A stretch of DNA of 64,000 bases from assembly GCA_966210885.1 (NCBI GenBank), contig CBIHLQ010000004.1:13620-77619 (forward strand). Reading direction: 5' to 3'. Under the pieces are notes generated by a model. It was not told the origin of the DNA, did no database searches, and saw nothing but the letters and a program-made list of their open reading frames with translations. The stretch is from an uncultured Pseudomonas sp. Its GTDB lineage: Bacteria > Pseudomonadota > Gammaproteobacteria > Pseudomonadales > Pseudomonadaceae. This document shows, piece by piece, positions 17,505-27,653 of this stretch (positions are counted from its first letter, which is position 1; each line of letters begins with the position of its first letter). The position numbers and the translations under genes were made by a program.

Positions 17505-18782
17505 ATGCAGCGCATTTTGATCGTCGGTTATGTCTGGCCGGAACCGCGCTCGTCGGCCGCGGGCAGCCGCATGATCGAATTGATCGAGCTGTTTCGCGAC
17601 CAGGGCTGGCAGGTGACCTTCGCTTGCGCGGCGGCATTGTCCGCGCATCGTTTCGAGCTGGCCGAACTGGGCGTACCTGAAGTGGCGATCAGCCTCAATT
17701 GCGACAGCTTCGATGCGCTGGTCGCCGAGCTGCAGCCGGACATGGTGCTGTTCGACCGTTTCTTCACCGAGGAGCAATTCGCCTGGCGCGTCGAGCGCGT
17801 TTGCCCGCAGGCGTTGCGGGTTCTCGATACCAGCGACCTGCACAGCCTGCGCGAGGCCCGCCAGCAGCTGCTGAAACAGGCTCAGCAGGCCTGCGCCAAC
17901 GAGGCCGAGAGGTATCGGCTCGGCGCCGTGCAGGCCGGCCCCGAGCAGTTGTTCGCGGCGATGGCGGGCAGCGATATCGCCCAGCGCGAGATCGCCGCGA
18001 TCTACCGCAGCGATCTGACCCTGATGATCTCGGAATTCGAGATGCAGCTGCTGCAACGGCAATTCGGCGTACCCGCGGCATTGCTCCATCACTGCCCGTT
18101 GATGCTGATCCCCTCGAATACCGCCCAGCCGGATTTCGCCGCCCGCGAGCACTTCCTCAGCATCGGCAATTTCCGCCATGCGCCGAACTGGGATGCGGTG
18201 CTCTGGCTCAAACACGCGCTGTGGCCGTTGATCCGTCAACGCCTGCCGCAGGCACAGCTGCACGTCTATGGCGCTTATCCGCCGCCCAAGGCCACGGCGC
18301 TGCACAACCCCAAGCAAGGCTTTCTAGTGCTCGGCTGGGCCGAGGATGCGCACCAGGTGATGAGCCGTGCCCGGGTCTGCCTGGCGCCTTTGCGCTTCGG
18401 CGCTGGGATCAAGGGCAAACTGGCCGACGCCATGGCCTGCGGCACGCCGAGCGTGACCACCGCGATCGGCTGCGAAGGCATGCATGGCGAGCTGCCCTGG
18501 GCCGGCGCGGTGAGCGAAGAGCCACAAGGCCTCGCCGACGCAGCGGTGGCCTTGTACCAAACCCCGAGCCTATGGCACGCCGCGCAGCGTAACGGTGCTC
18601 GTATCCTCGCCGAACGTTTTGCCCGCATCCCCCTGGGCGCGGCGCTGATCGCGCGCCTGCTGGCGCTTCATGAGCAGCGCGAGGGCCTGCGCCAGGCCAA
18701 TTTCGTCGGCAGCATGCTGCGTCATCACTTGCACAAGAGCACGCAGTACATGTCGCAGTGGATCGCCGCGAAGAACCGCTGA
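17505..18782 (+). CDS. Glycosyltransferase family 4 (GT-B) protein
   Basis: WPEPRSSAAG, IGNFRHAPNWDA, APLRFGAGIKGKLADAMACGTPSVTT. Confidence 0.88.
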   Translation: MQRILIVGYVWPEPRSSAAGSRMIELIELFRDQGWQVTFACAAALSAHRFELAELGVPEVAISLNCDSFDALVAELQPDMVLFDRFFTEEQFAWRVERVCPQALRVLDTSDLHSLREARQQLLKQAQQACANEAERYRLGAVQAGPEQLFAAMAGSDIAQREIAAIYRSDLTLMISEFEMQLLQRQFGVPAALLHHCPLMLIPSNTAQPDFAAREHFLSIGNFRHAPNWDAVLWLKHALWPLIRQRLPQAQLHVYGAYPPPKATALHNPKQGFLVLGWAEDAHQVMSRARVCLAPLRFGAGIKGKLADAMACGTPSVTTAIGCEGMHGELPWAGAVSEEPQGLADAAVALYQTPSLWHAAQRNGARILAERFARIPLGAALIARLLALHEQREGLRQANFVGSMLRHHLHKSTQYMSQWIAAKNR

Positions 18783-18802
18783 GCCTTGCCTTTCCGCCCA
18801 CA

Positions 18803-18925
18803 GGCGGATTTCCGCTTACAACTTGCCGCCTGATGGCGGATTTCCGCCATCAATACCCCCTCGTTCGCGCCGAACCTCCGCACGCGCTGGCCCCAAGCCC
18901 GTTCCAGCGCTGGCATAGGCATTGC
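18803..18925 (+). promoter_or_regulatory. Sigma54 promoter with two upstream activator palindromes for dctP
   Basis: TGGCATAGGCATTGC (GG-N10-GC) at 18911-18925; GGCGGATTTCCGC at 18803 and 18835, 32 bp apart. Confidence 0.72.
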
Positions 18926-18960
18926 GTTGGATTAGCCGCACAACGGCTGCAGGGCCGTAA

Positions 18961-20001
<1,041 letters not shown>

Positions 20002-20108
20002 ACTCCAGCCAGCCAGTCAGCGGGGCTGATGCTATTCGGGCTCCGCGCCGCTGCGCTACCATCGGCCGCGCGCCTGCAACCGTAGGCGTCAACGTATAAG
20101 GACATCCC

Positions 20109-20567
20109 ATGAAGACACTGCTGCTTTGCATGCTGCTGTTAGGCGCGCCCTTGGCTCAGGCCGCGGACCGCTTGACCGAGGAAAACATCGGCGCCATGTA
20201 TGCGCAATTGATCGCCGCCGCTCAAGACAAAAACGTAGAGGGCGTGCTCGAGCATATGAGCGACGAGGTGCGCATCCGCATTCAGGCGCCCAGCGTCATG
20301 GGCGGCGATATGGAAATGGATAAACGCCAATACCGCGAACTACTGACCCAGGGCTGGGACGGCGTCGACGACTACCGCCTGGAAGTGGAGATCCAACAGA
20401 TCGACATCGCGGCTGACGGCCAAAGCGCCAGCGTTCGCGACCTGACCCGCGAAACCCTGAGTATCCAGGGGAGCGAGGTCGAAGCCAGCACCCTGGAAAC
20501 CGCAACGCTGCAACTGCTCGACGGCAAGGTTAAATTCAGCCGGATAGACGGCATTATCCAGCCCTAA
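20109..20567 (+). CDS. Secreted NTF2/SnoaL-like fold hypothetical protein
   Basis: Signal peptide ending AQA; helix then beta-meander pattern; AAGGA RBS. Confidence 0.65.
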   Translation: MKTLLLCMLLLGAPLAQAADRLTEENIGAMYAQLIAAAQDKNVEGVLEHMSDEVRIRIQAPSVMGGDMEMDKRQYRELLTQGWDGVDDYRLEVEIQQIDIAADGQSASVRDLTRETLSIQGSEVEASTLETATLQLLDGKVKFSRIDGIIQP

Positions 20568-20615
20568 GGAATTTGCGCGAGCTTGGCGATTGTGGCCACG
20601 CTCGCGCCGCCCTAA

Positions 20616-20798
20616 CAGGCCGTTGAAAAACGTAGGCGAGGCAGGCAAGACAAGGACTAGGCGTCCCCACAAAAACAGCCGAAAAAAGGACTGGGCCCGC
20701 ACGCGAGTTTACGTGCTGTAAATGAGCATTTTGAGACGCCGAGTCCCGGGCTGTTTTTAACGCAGTATTGCCAACGCAGGTAGTTTTTCAATGGCCTG
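20616..20798 (+). mobile_element. MITE copy 1 (183 bp), non-autonomous IS5/IS1182-like
   Basis: TIRs CAGGCCGTTGAAAAA / TTTTTCAATGGCCTG; CTAA direct repeats at 20612-20615 and 20799-20802; homologous to 33816-34015. Confidence 0.85.
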
Positions 20799-23700
20799 CT
20801 AAGCCCCTCCCAGCAGTTGCAGACGCATGCGCTGGTTTTCCTGGAGCAGCTGCCGTTGCTTGAAGGCCTCGCGCAGTTGGCCGCGCAAGTCGTCGGCATC
20901 CCAGGGTTTGGTGATAAAGCGGAAGATAACCCCTTCGTTGACCGCTTTGAGGATGCTGTTGACTTCGCTGGAGCCGCTCAAAACCATGCGGATCACCTCC
21001 GGATAGATAATTCGGATTTTGCGCAGGAACTCCACACCGCTGATATCGGCCAGGCGCAGGTCGGTCAGCACCACATCGACCGGATAGGTGGCGAGCAGGG
21101 TCAGCGCCTCGGTGCTGCTGCTGGCTGTCAGGGTCTGATAGCTCTCCAGGCGTAACTCGCGTTGCAGGGCCTTGAGAATGCCCGGCTCGTCGTCGATCAA
21201 CAGCAGATAGCGTTGCTGTTCCTCGGCGAGGATGGTCGGCAGCATCAAATCGGCGCTATTGCTGAGGAACTGCAGACAAGCCTGTGCCGGCAAGGGAGGC
21301 GAATAGTAGTAACCCTGCAATTCATCGCAACCCGCGGCGCGCAGGAAGCCGAGTTGCTGGGCGTTTTCCACCCCTTCGGCGATGACCTTGATGCCCAGGT
21401 TATGGCCGATGGAAATCATCGAACGAGCCAACGAGGCGCTGTCCGGGTCCAAGTGCACATCGGTGACGAAGCTGCGGTCGATCTTCAGCTCGCTGAACGG
21501 GAAACGCTTCAGATAACCCAGGGAGGAGTAGCCGGTGCCGAAGTCGTCTATCGAGAAGCGAATGCCCAGCGCGATCAAGGCGTGCATCTTCTGCAACACC
21601 TCATCGGCGTTGGTCATCAGCATGGTTTCGGTCACTTCCAGCTTGATCTGCGTCGCACTCACCTGATGCCGTTCGAGGGTGAGCTGCACCCTGTCGACGA
21701 ATTCCGGCGCCATAAAACTGATCGCCGAGAAGTTCACCGCAATACAGACCCCCGCCAACTCACTGCGCCAGGCCCTGAGCTGCTGGCACACCGCGTCGAA
21801 CACGTAGAAGTCGATGCCGACGATCTGTCCGGTTTCCTCGGCCAGCGGGATAAAGTCGTCGGGCATTCTCGTCTTGCCCTGACAGCACCAGCGCACCAGG
21901 GCTTCGAAGCCGCACAGACGGCCATTGATCAGGTCCAACTGCGGTTGATAGACCACGCGGTATTCGTTGTTCTGCAGCGCCTGCCGAATTTCCCGCTCCA
22001 GCAGCAGGCGCCGTTGCATCTGCTGGTTCATCTGCGGGGTGAACGCACAGACACGGTTACGCCCTTGGTGCTTGGCCTGGTACATCGCCGTGTCGGCGTT
22101 GCGCAGCAAGGTGCCGATGTCCTGACCGTCTTCGGGGAAGCAGCAGAAGCCCAGGCTGCAACTCACCACCACTTCCTGGCCTTCGAGCATCAGCGGCTCG
22201 GCGACGCTCTCCTTGAAGCACTCGAGACGTGCGATGCGTTTGCTCAGGGGGTCGTCGTCGGCCAGCAGGATGATGAACTCATCGCCGCCCAAGCGCGCCA
22301 CGGTATCGGTCTCGCGGGCGCAGGTCAGCAAGCGCTCGGCCACCTGCATCAGCAACTGGTCGCCGGCGTGGTGTCCGAGGCTGTCGTTGACCACTTTGAA
22401 CTGATCCAGGTCCATGAATGCCAGGGTGAACCCGCCGTGGTTGCGGCTGGCGAAGGCGATCGCACGAAGAATCCGGTCGTTCAACAGGTTGCGGTTGGGC
22501 AACCCGGTCAAGCTATCGTGGTTGGCCTGGTGTTCCAGCTCTTCCTGATAGCCCTTGGCCTCGGTAATGTCGTGCAGGATGCCGACGAAGTGGCTGATTT
22601 TGCCGCGGTCGTTGATCACCGGGGAAAGCCGCAGCTCGTTCCAGAACGCCGAGCCGTCCTTGCGGTAGTTGCGCAGGACGGCGCCACCCTCCTCCTGGGC
22701 CTGCAATGCGCGACGGATACTCTCCAGTTCGGGTTGTTCGTGGTCGTCTCCTTGCAGGAAACGGCAATTGCGCCCCAGCACTTCCTCGTTGCGATAACCG
22801 GTGATGCGCTCGAAGGCCGGGTTGACGTAGACGATGGGTTGATCGTCCTGCTGGTTATCGGTGATCACGATGGCATTCACGCTGGCCTCTATCGCCCGCG
22901 TGCGGATGCGCAGCTCCAGATCACGCCGGCGCTGCTCGCTGACATCCTGGATTACCGAGATGGCGCCCTGCAGCACGCCCTGTTCGTCAAAGAAGGGAAC
23001 CGCCGAGTTGAGGATGGTTTTGTGGGTGTCATCGAACGCCTGGATATCGATCACCTGATTGCGTCGCGGCTGGCCCTCCAGCACCGCCCGGGCCATCGGC
23101 CATTGCCCGGCTTGCAGCGCCTCGCCGTTATCGGCCCAGGTGCCGGAATAACGCGCGTACTCGTCCAACTCGACCGGTTGATTGCCGGCCCAGATCAGCG
23201 CGTTCTCCGGATTGCTGAGGATCAAACGGCCCTGCCGGTCGGCGACTGAGACGCCGACCGGCAGGTTGTCGAGAATCTTGCGCAGCAGGGCCTCGCTCTG
23301 CACCAGCGCCAGGGTGCGCTGTTCGACCAATTGCTCCAGGCTCTCGAACAGGCGCACCCGGCCCAGGGCGATGGCCAGTTGACGGCCGATCGAGGACAGC
23401 GCGTTGAGCGTGTCGTCCGGCCATGCCTGGGCCTGACTGTGCACCACGTTGAGCATGCCGATGATTTCGCCACCGAGCAGCAGCGGGATGCTCGCATGCG
23501 CGCCTTCGCCCATGTGGCTCAACGCCGGGCAGCCGGCGATATTGCACGGCACGTCCATGCCGTCGCTGAACCAGGCATGCCGGCACGGACAATCGTTGGA
23601 GCAGGCGCTGAGGCGCGTGAGGTTTTTGTTAGCTCCGCGTTCCCGCGCGCCCGCGACCCGCGCACCGACGCCGGACTCCTCGGTATCGGCGAGCAACAGC

Positions 23701-24371
23701 CAGGTGGCCACCGCATTGGGGAACTCGAGAATGCGCCCCAGGGCCATGTCGATCACGCGCTTCTCGCTGTTGACGTCGGTTAGGCCACTGGTGAAGTGAA
23801 ACAGGCTATTGAGCAACGAGTTGGTGCGCGTCAGCTCGTCGTGCTTGGCCTGCAGCTCGTGATTGAGGCGCACGCCCTGTTCGTAGGTGGAAATCAGCAG
23901 ATCGAGGATTTGCTGACGCCCTGCGGTGATGAAGTGGCGTTCGCCGTCGAGCATGACCTCCACGCCCATTTGCACCCGTTCATTGTCGCGAAACTCCAGA
24001 TTGACCAGGAAGTAACGGATGCGCGACATCAGGTACTTCTCGTCGTAGGGTTTGACGATGAAGTTGTCGGCGCCGCAGGCCAGACCATGGACCACGTCGC
24101 GCGCATCGGCCAGGCTGGTGACCAATATCACCGGAATGCCGGCGGTCTGGACGTTGGCCTTGAGTTGCCGGCAGAGTTCGTAGCCATCCATCTGCGGCAT
24201 GACGATATCGCTGATGATCACAGTCGGCCGGTTCTCGGCAACGCAGGCCAGCGCCTCGACCCCGTTGCGCGCCACCGTCACCTTGCAGCCGGCGGATTCG
24301 AGCAGGTATTGCAGCTCGGCCGCCTGGGTCGGGCTGTCCTCGGCTATGAGGATTTTCGCGTCGGTCAACAT
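20799..24371 (-). CDS. Chemosensory output regulator REC-(helical)-GAF-PAS-PAS-GGDEF-EAL-REC, 1190 aa
   Basis: REC ISDIVMP; GAF ASIPLLLGGEIIGMLNV; PAS YVNPAFERITGY..GRNCRFLQG; RETD plus RLGGDEF; FEALVRW and IDDFGTGYSSL; C-terminal REC LTDLRL..TKPWD. Confidence 0.92.
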   Translation of the reverse strand: MLTDAKILIAEDSPTQAAELQYLLESAGCKVTVARNGVEALACVAENRPTVIISDIVMPQMDGYELCRQLKANVQTAGIPVILVTSLADARDVVHGLACGADNFIVKPYDEKYLMSRIRYFLVNLEFRDNERVQMGVEVMLDGERHFITAGRQQILDLLISTYEQGVRLNHELQAKHDELTRTNSLLNSLFHFTSGLTDVNSEKRVIDMALGRILEFPNAVATWLLLADTEESGVGARVAGARERGANKNLTRLSACSNDCPCRHAWFSDGMDVPCNIAGCPALSHMGEGAHASIPLLLGGEIIGMLNVVHSQAQAWPDDTLNALSSIGRQLAIALGRVRLFESLEQLVEQRTLALVQSEALLRKILDNLPVGVSVADRQGRLILSNPENALIWAGNQPVELDEYARYSGTWADNGEALQAGQWPMARAVLEGQPRRNQVIDIQAFDDTHKTILNSAVPFFDEQGVLQGAISVIQDVSEQRRRDLELRIRTRAIEASVNAIVITDNQQDDQPIVYVNPAFERITGYRNEEVLGRNCRFLQGDDHEQPELESIRRALQAQEEGGAVLRNYRKDGSAFWNELRLSPVINDRGKISHFVGILHDITEAKGYQEELEHQANHDSLTGLPNRNLLNDRILRAIAFASRNHGGFTLAFMDLDQFKVVNDSLGHHAGDQLLMQVAERLLTCARETDTVARLGGDEFIILLADDDPLSKRIARLECFKESVAEPLMLEGQEVVVSCSLGFCCFPEDGQDIGTLLRNADTAMYQAKHQGRNRVCAFTPQMNQQMQRRLLLEREIRQALQNNEYRVVYQPQLDLINGRLCGFEALVRWCCQGKTRMPDDFIPLAEETGQIVGIDFYVFDAVCQQLRAWRSELAGVCIAVNFSAISFMAPEFVDRVQLTLERHQVSATQIKLEVTETMLMTNADEVLQKMHALIALGIRFSIDDFGTGYSSLGYLKRFPFSELKIDRSFVTDVHLDPDSASLARSMISIGHNLGIKVIAEGVENAQQLGFLRAAGCDELQGYYYSPPLPAQACLQFLSNSADLMLPTILAEEQQRYLLLIDDEPGILKALQRELRLESYQTLTASSSTEALTLLATYPVDVVLTDLRLADISGVEFLRKIRIIYPEVIRMVLSGSSEVNSILKAVNEGVIFRFITKPWDADDLRGQLREAFKQRQLLQENQRMRLQLLGGA

Positions 24372-25435
24372 GATTTCTCTCCTCCAGGCAGGTCGCTGGA
24401 TGAAGTACTACGTGATGCAAGCGTATTGAGCAGCGCAGCTATCGCCTCCGGGGCCAAAACCAGTTTGGCGGCTTGCAGGTTGATGGCTGCCAGCGGCATG
24501 GCATCGATCACCGCGCTGGCGGGTTCCTGGGCAATCGTCAGCGCACCCTGGCGGTTCAGTTCCGCCAACCCCTCGGCGCCGTCGTGGCCCATGCCGGATA
24601 GCTGGATGGCCATAGCCCGGCTACCCAGGCTTTGCGCCACACTGGTGAACAGATGATTGGCCGAGGGGCAGAACGGCGTGTTGTGGTTGCCCCGCTCCAG
24701 GCGTGCCCGCAGATCCGAGTCGATCCCCAGGTGATGCGCCTCCGGCGCCAAGTAGAGCGCACCCGGGCGAAGCTCCTGGCCGTTGCTGACGAGGTGCACC
24801 GGCATCGCCGAGAGGCTTGCCAGCCAGTCGCGAAAGCTGTCGAGAAAGCCCGCGGAAATATGCTGCGCCAGCAATAATGGCCAGGGTTGCGCCGGTGCCA
24901 GTTCGTGCAGCAGGGTTTTCAGCGCCGCCGGGCCGCCGGCCGAAGCGGCGATGGCGACCACCCGGGGCTGCGCCGGGTGCAGTTGATGCTTCGACGGAAG
25001 CGCGCTCGGCGTGCCGCTCTTCTGCGTATAAGGCCGCCGCACGATCTTCACCTGGGCGAGGTTGAGCAAGGTACGCAGCAATTCGTTTACCTGTTGCTCG
25101 AAATTCGCGCAGTGCGGCCCGGAGGGTTTCTCCAATACCGCCAAGGCGCCGACTTCCAGTGCCCGCATGGCGGACGAGGCATCGTTGGCGTTGCTGCTGG
25201 AGGTCAGTATCACCACCGGCAGCGCATAGCGTTCGAGGATCCGCGCAGTGGTTTCATAGCCGTTCATGCCGGGCATATGTACATCCATGGTGACGATGTC
25301 CGGGGTGTAAGTGGCCAGCACGCGCAAAGCCTGATCGCCATTTTCGGCTTCGCGCACCTGCAGCCCCGCGCTCTCCATGACGCTGCGCAACAACAGACGG
25401 AGGATGGGAGAGTCGTCGACGATCAGTACGCGCAT
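24365..25435 (-). CDS. cheB: CheB methylesterase response regulator (WspF-like)
   Basis: REC MDVHMP; catalytic ASAGGP, QHI and LSGMGHDGA motifs. Confidence 0.92.
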   Translation of the reverse strand: MRVLIVDDSPILRLLLRSVMESAGLQVREAENGDQALRVLATYTPDIVTMDVHMPGMNGYETTARILERYALPVVILTSSSNANDASSAMRALEVGALAVLEKPSGPHCANFEQQVNELLRTLLNLAQVKIVRRPYTQKSGTPSALPSKHQLHPAQPRVVAIAASAGGPAALKTLLHELAPAQPWPLLLAQHISAGFLDSFRDWLASLSAMPVHLVSNGQELRPGALYLAPEAHHLGIDSDLRARLERGNHNTPFCPSANHLFTSVAQSLGSRAMAIQLSGMGHDGAEGLAELNRQGALTIAQEPASAVIDAMPLAAINLQAAKLVLAPEAIAALLNTLASRSTSSSDLPGGEKSC

Positions 25436-25447
25436 GGTCCATTACCC

Positions 25448-27646
25448 CTAAATCAAGCGCCGAATGGCGTCCAGCAGGCTGTCTTGCTCGAAGCCGCTTT
25501 TCACCAGGTAGGCGTTGGCACCGACCTCTAGCCCGTGAGCCCGGTCTTCCGCCGAGTGCAGTGCCGTCACCAGCACCACCGGCAATTGCGCGAGTTCACG
25601 ATCGAGGCGAATTCGCGAGGTCAACGTAAAGCCATCCATCCGCGGCATTTCGACATCCGATACCAGCAGATCGAACTTGCTTTGCTTCAACGCATTCCAG
25701 GCCTCCAGGCCGTCGTTGGCGGTGCTGACGATGTAGCCGGCCTCTTCGAGAATGGCCTTGAGCAGGCCACGCGAAGTGAAGGAGTCTTCGGCGATCAACA
25801 GGCGCTGCTTAACTTTTGGACCCGTTTGCTCGGCGCTTCGTTCGAAGCTGCCCCCGCCGGTCGCTTGGGCGCTGCGGTACAGATCGCCGGGATGCAGGAT
25901 GGGCACCAACTGGCCGTCGCCGAGCAGCGTCGCGCCGAGCAGGTTGCGCACCCGCGGTAGCTGCTTGCCGAGGTTCTTCACGGTGATTTCCTGGTCTCCG
26001 AGCAGTTCGTCGACCAGAAGGAAAAAGCGTTCGCCGCGCACTTTGAGCAGCAGTAGGGTCAGATTTCCCGCGCCGCGGACCGGGGCGTCGAGACCGAGCA
26101 CATCGGACAGCGCCCACATCGGCAGCACCTGTTCCTGGAACACCAGGGTCGGGCGGTTTTCCTGGGTTTGCACCGCGCCGGCCGGCAGCCGCAGGCAGCG
26201 TTCCACCGCCAGCGCCGGCACCGCGAAGGTGCGCTCGGCAATCCGCACGATGACCGCGCGGAACGTCGACAGGTTGAGCGGCAAGTGCAAATGCACGCAG
26301 GTACCCTGCCCGGCCGTGGATTCGAGTTCGATGCGCCCGCCAATCCGCTCGACCGACTCTTGAACGATGGCCATGCCCAGGCCGCGCCCGGAGAGGTCGG
26401 TGATCAAGGGGCTGGTCGACAAGCCAGAGGCAAAAATCAGCTTGCTTGCTTCGGCATCGCTAAGATCGTCCGCCTGCTCGCTACCGAGCAGCCCGTTGGC
26501 CACGGCACGGGCCTTGAGCTGGGCGATATCGAGGCCTCGACCGTCGTCCTGCAAGCGCAATTCGAAACGATCCGCCGATTCTTGCAACAGCTCCAATTGC
26601 AGTGCGCCGACTTCGGATTTACCGCAGGCGACCCGCTGCTCCGGGGTCTCCAGGCCATGATCGACGGCATTGCGCAGCAGGTGGGTCAGCGGCGTACGGA
26701 GTTCATCGAGGATGCGCTTATCGACTTGCAGATCGTTGCCGCCGATCTGCAGCGTTACCCGTTTACCGGCCTGGCTGGCAAGGTCCTGCACCATCGCCGG
26801 CAGGCCGTCGGTCAAGCGACTGCCGGCGAGTAGCAGCACGCTTTGCAGTTCCTCGTCGAGGGCTTCGGAGAGTTGCGTCAAGCCTTGCGATAAGTGTTTG
26901 CCGGCCTTTTCCAGACGGATCGCCTCGAAGTGCAGGCGATCCAACTGCGCTTGGCTCCAGTCCAGATAATCGAGCAACGCCTTGAGCGCGTCCTGGCTGC
27001 TCGTCGGCAACGTCCGTGTGCTTTCGCGCAGCTGCTTCAAGGCGACCCCGGCAGCCAGACGATGGCCACGCTGCGGTTCGAAGGCCGCGCGATGCTCGGT
27101 GAGCTGTCGGGCCTGATCGTAGGCCTCGAGCTTGTGTTGCAGCAGGGTTTCGTTATGGAACAGCAAGGCGTCCAAACGCCGCGCCGAGACACGCAAGGTG
27201 CCGGAATCAATGGGCGCCGCAGGGGCGGACGACGGATTTTCGGGCAAGTTGACCGCTTCGCCGCGGGCCGTCGCCTCCAGGTCTTCGATCAAGCGCTGAC
27301 GCTGTTCGGCGTCGATCGTCTGGCCGGCCTGCATCTGCTGCAACGCATGCAGGGCGTGGCGGCATAATTCGACCCGTTCAGGGGTCAGCGCCAGGCTGCC
27401 TGCGCGAACCTCGCCGAGCAGGCTTTCCCAGGCATGGCACAAGCGCTCGATAGGTTGCAAGCCAACCGCCCGCGCAGCGCCCTTGAGGCTATGCACCTCG
27501 CGGAACAGCGACTCGATGGCCGCATCGCTGGCATGCGCTTCGCGCCAGTTGGCCAGGCTGTCCGCGAGTACGCCCAAGCGCTCCTCGGCTTCCGCCTTGA
27601 AGCTGGCTAACAGACGCTGTTGCAGCGCTTCGCGATCCAGACTCAT
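25448..27646 (-). CDS. cheA: CheA-REC hybrid kinase (WspE-like: Hpt-HATPase-CheW-REC)
   Basis: FREVHSLKGAAR Hpt, HLLRNAVDHG, DDGRG, SGRGLGMAIV, C-terminal REC SDVEMP. Confidence 0.94.
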   Translation of the reverse strand: MSLDREALQQRLLASFKAEAEERLGVLADSLANWREAHASDAAIESLFREVHSLKGAARAVGLQPIERLCHAWESLLGEVRAGSLALTPERVELCRHALHALQQMQAGQTIDAEQRQRLIEDLEATARGEAVNLPENPSSAPAAPIDSGTLRVSARRLDALLFHNETLLQHKLEAYDQARQLTEHRAAFEPQRGHRLAAGVALKQLRESTRTLPTSSQDALKALLDYLDWSQAQLDRLHFEAIRLEKAGKHLSQGLTQLSEALDEELQSVLLLAGSRLTDGLPAMVQDLASQAGKRVTLQIGGNDLQVDKRILDELRTPLTHLLRNAVDHGLETPEQRVACGKSEVGALQLELLQESADRFELRLQDDGRGLDIAQLKARAVANGLLGSEQADDLSDAEASKLIFASGLSTSPLITDLSGRGLGMAIVQESVERIGGRIELESTAGQGTCVHLHLPLNLSTFRAVIVRIAERTFAVPALAVERCLRLPAGAVQTQENRPTLVFQEQVLPMWALSDVLGLDAPVRGAGNLTLLLLKVRGERFFLLVDELLGDQEITVKNLGKQLPRVRNLLGATLLGDGQLVPILHPGDLYRSAQATGGGSFERSAEQTGPKVKQRLLIAEDSFTSRGLLKAILEEAGYIVSTANDGLEAWNALKQSKFDLLVSDVEMPRMDGFTLTSRIRLDRELAQLPVVLVTALHSAEDRAHGLEVGANAYLVKSGFEQDSLLDAIRRLI

Positions 27647-27653
27647 AAGGTAC

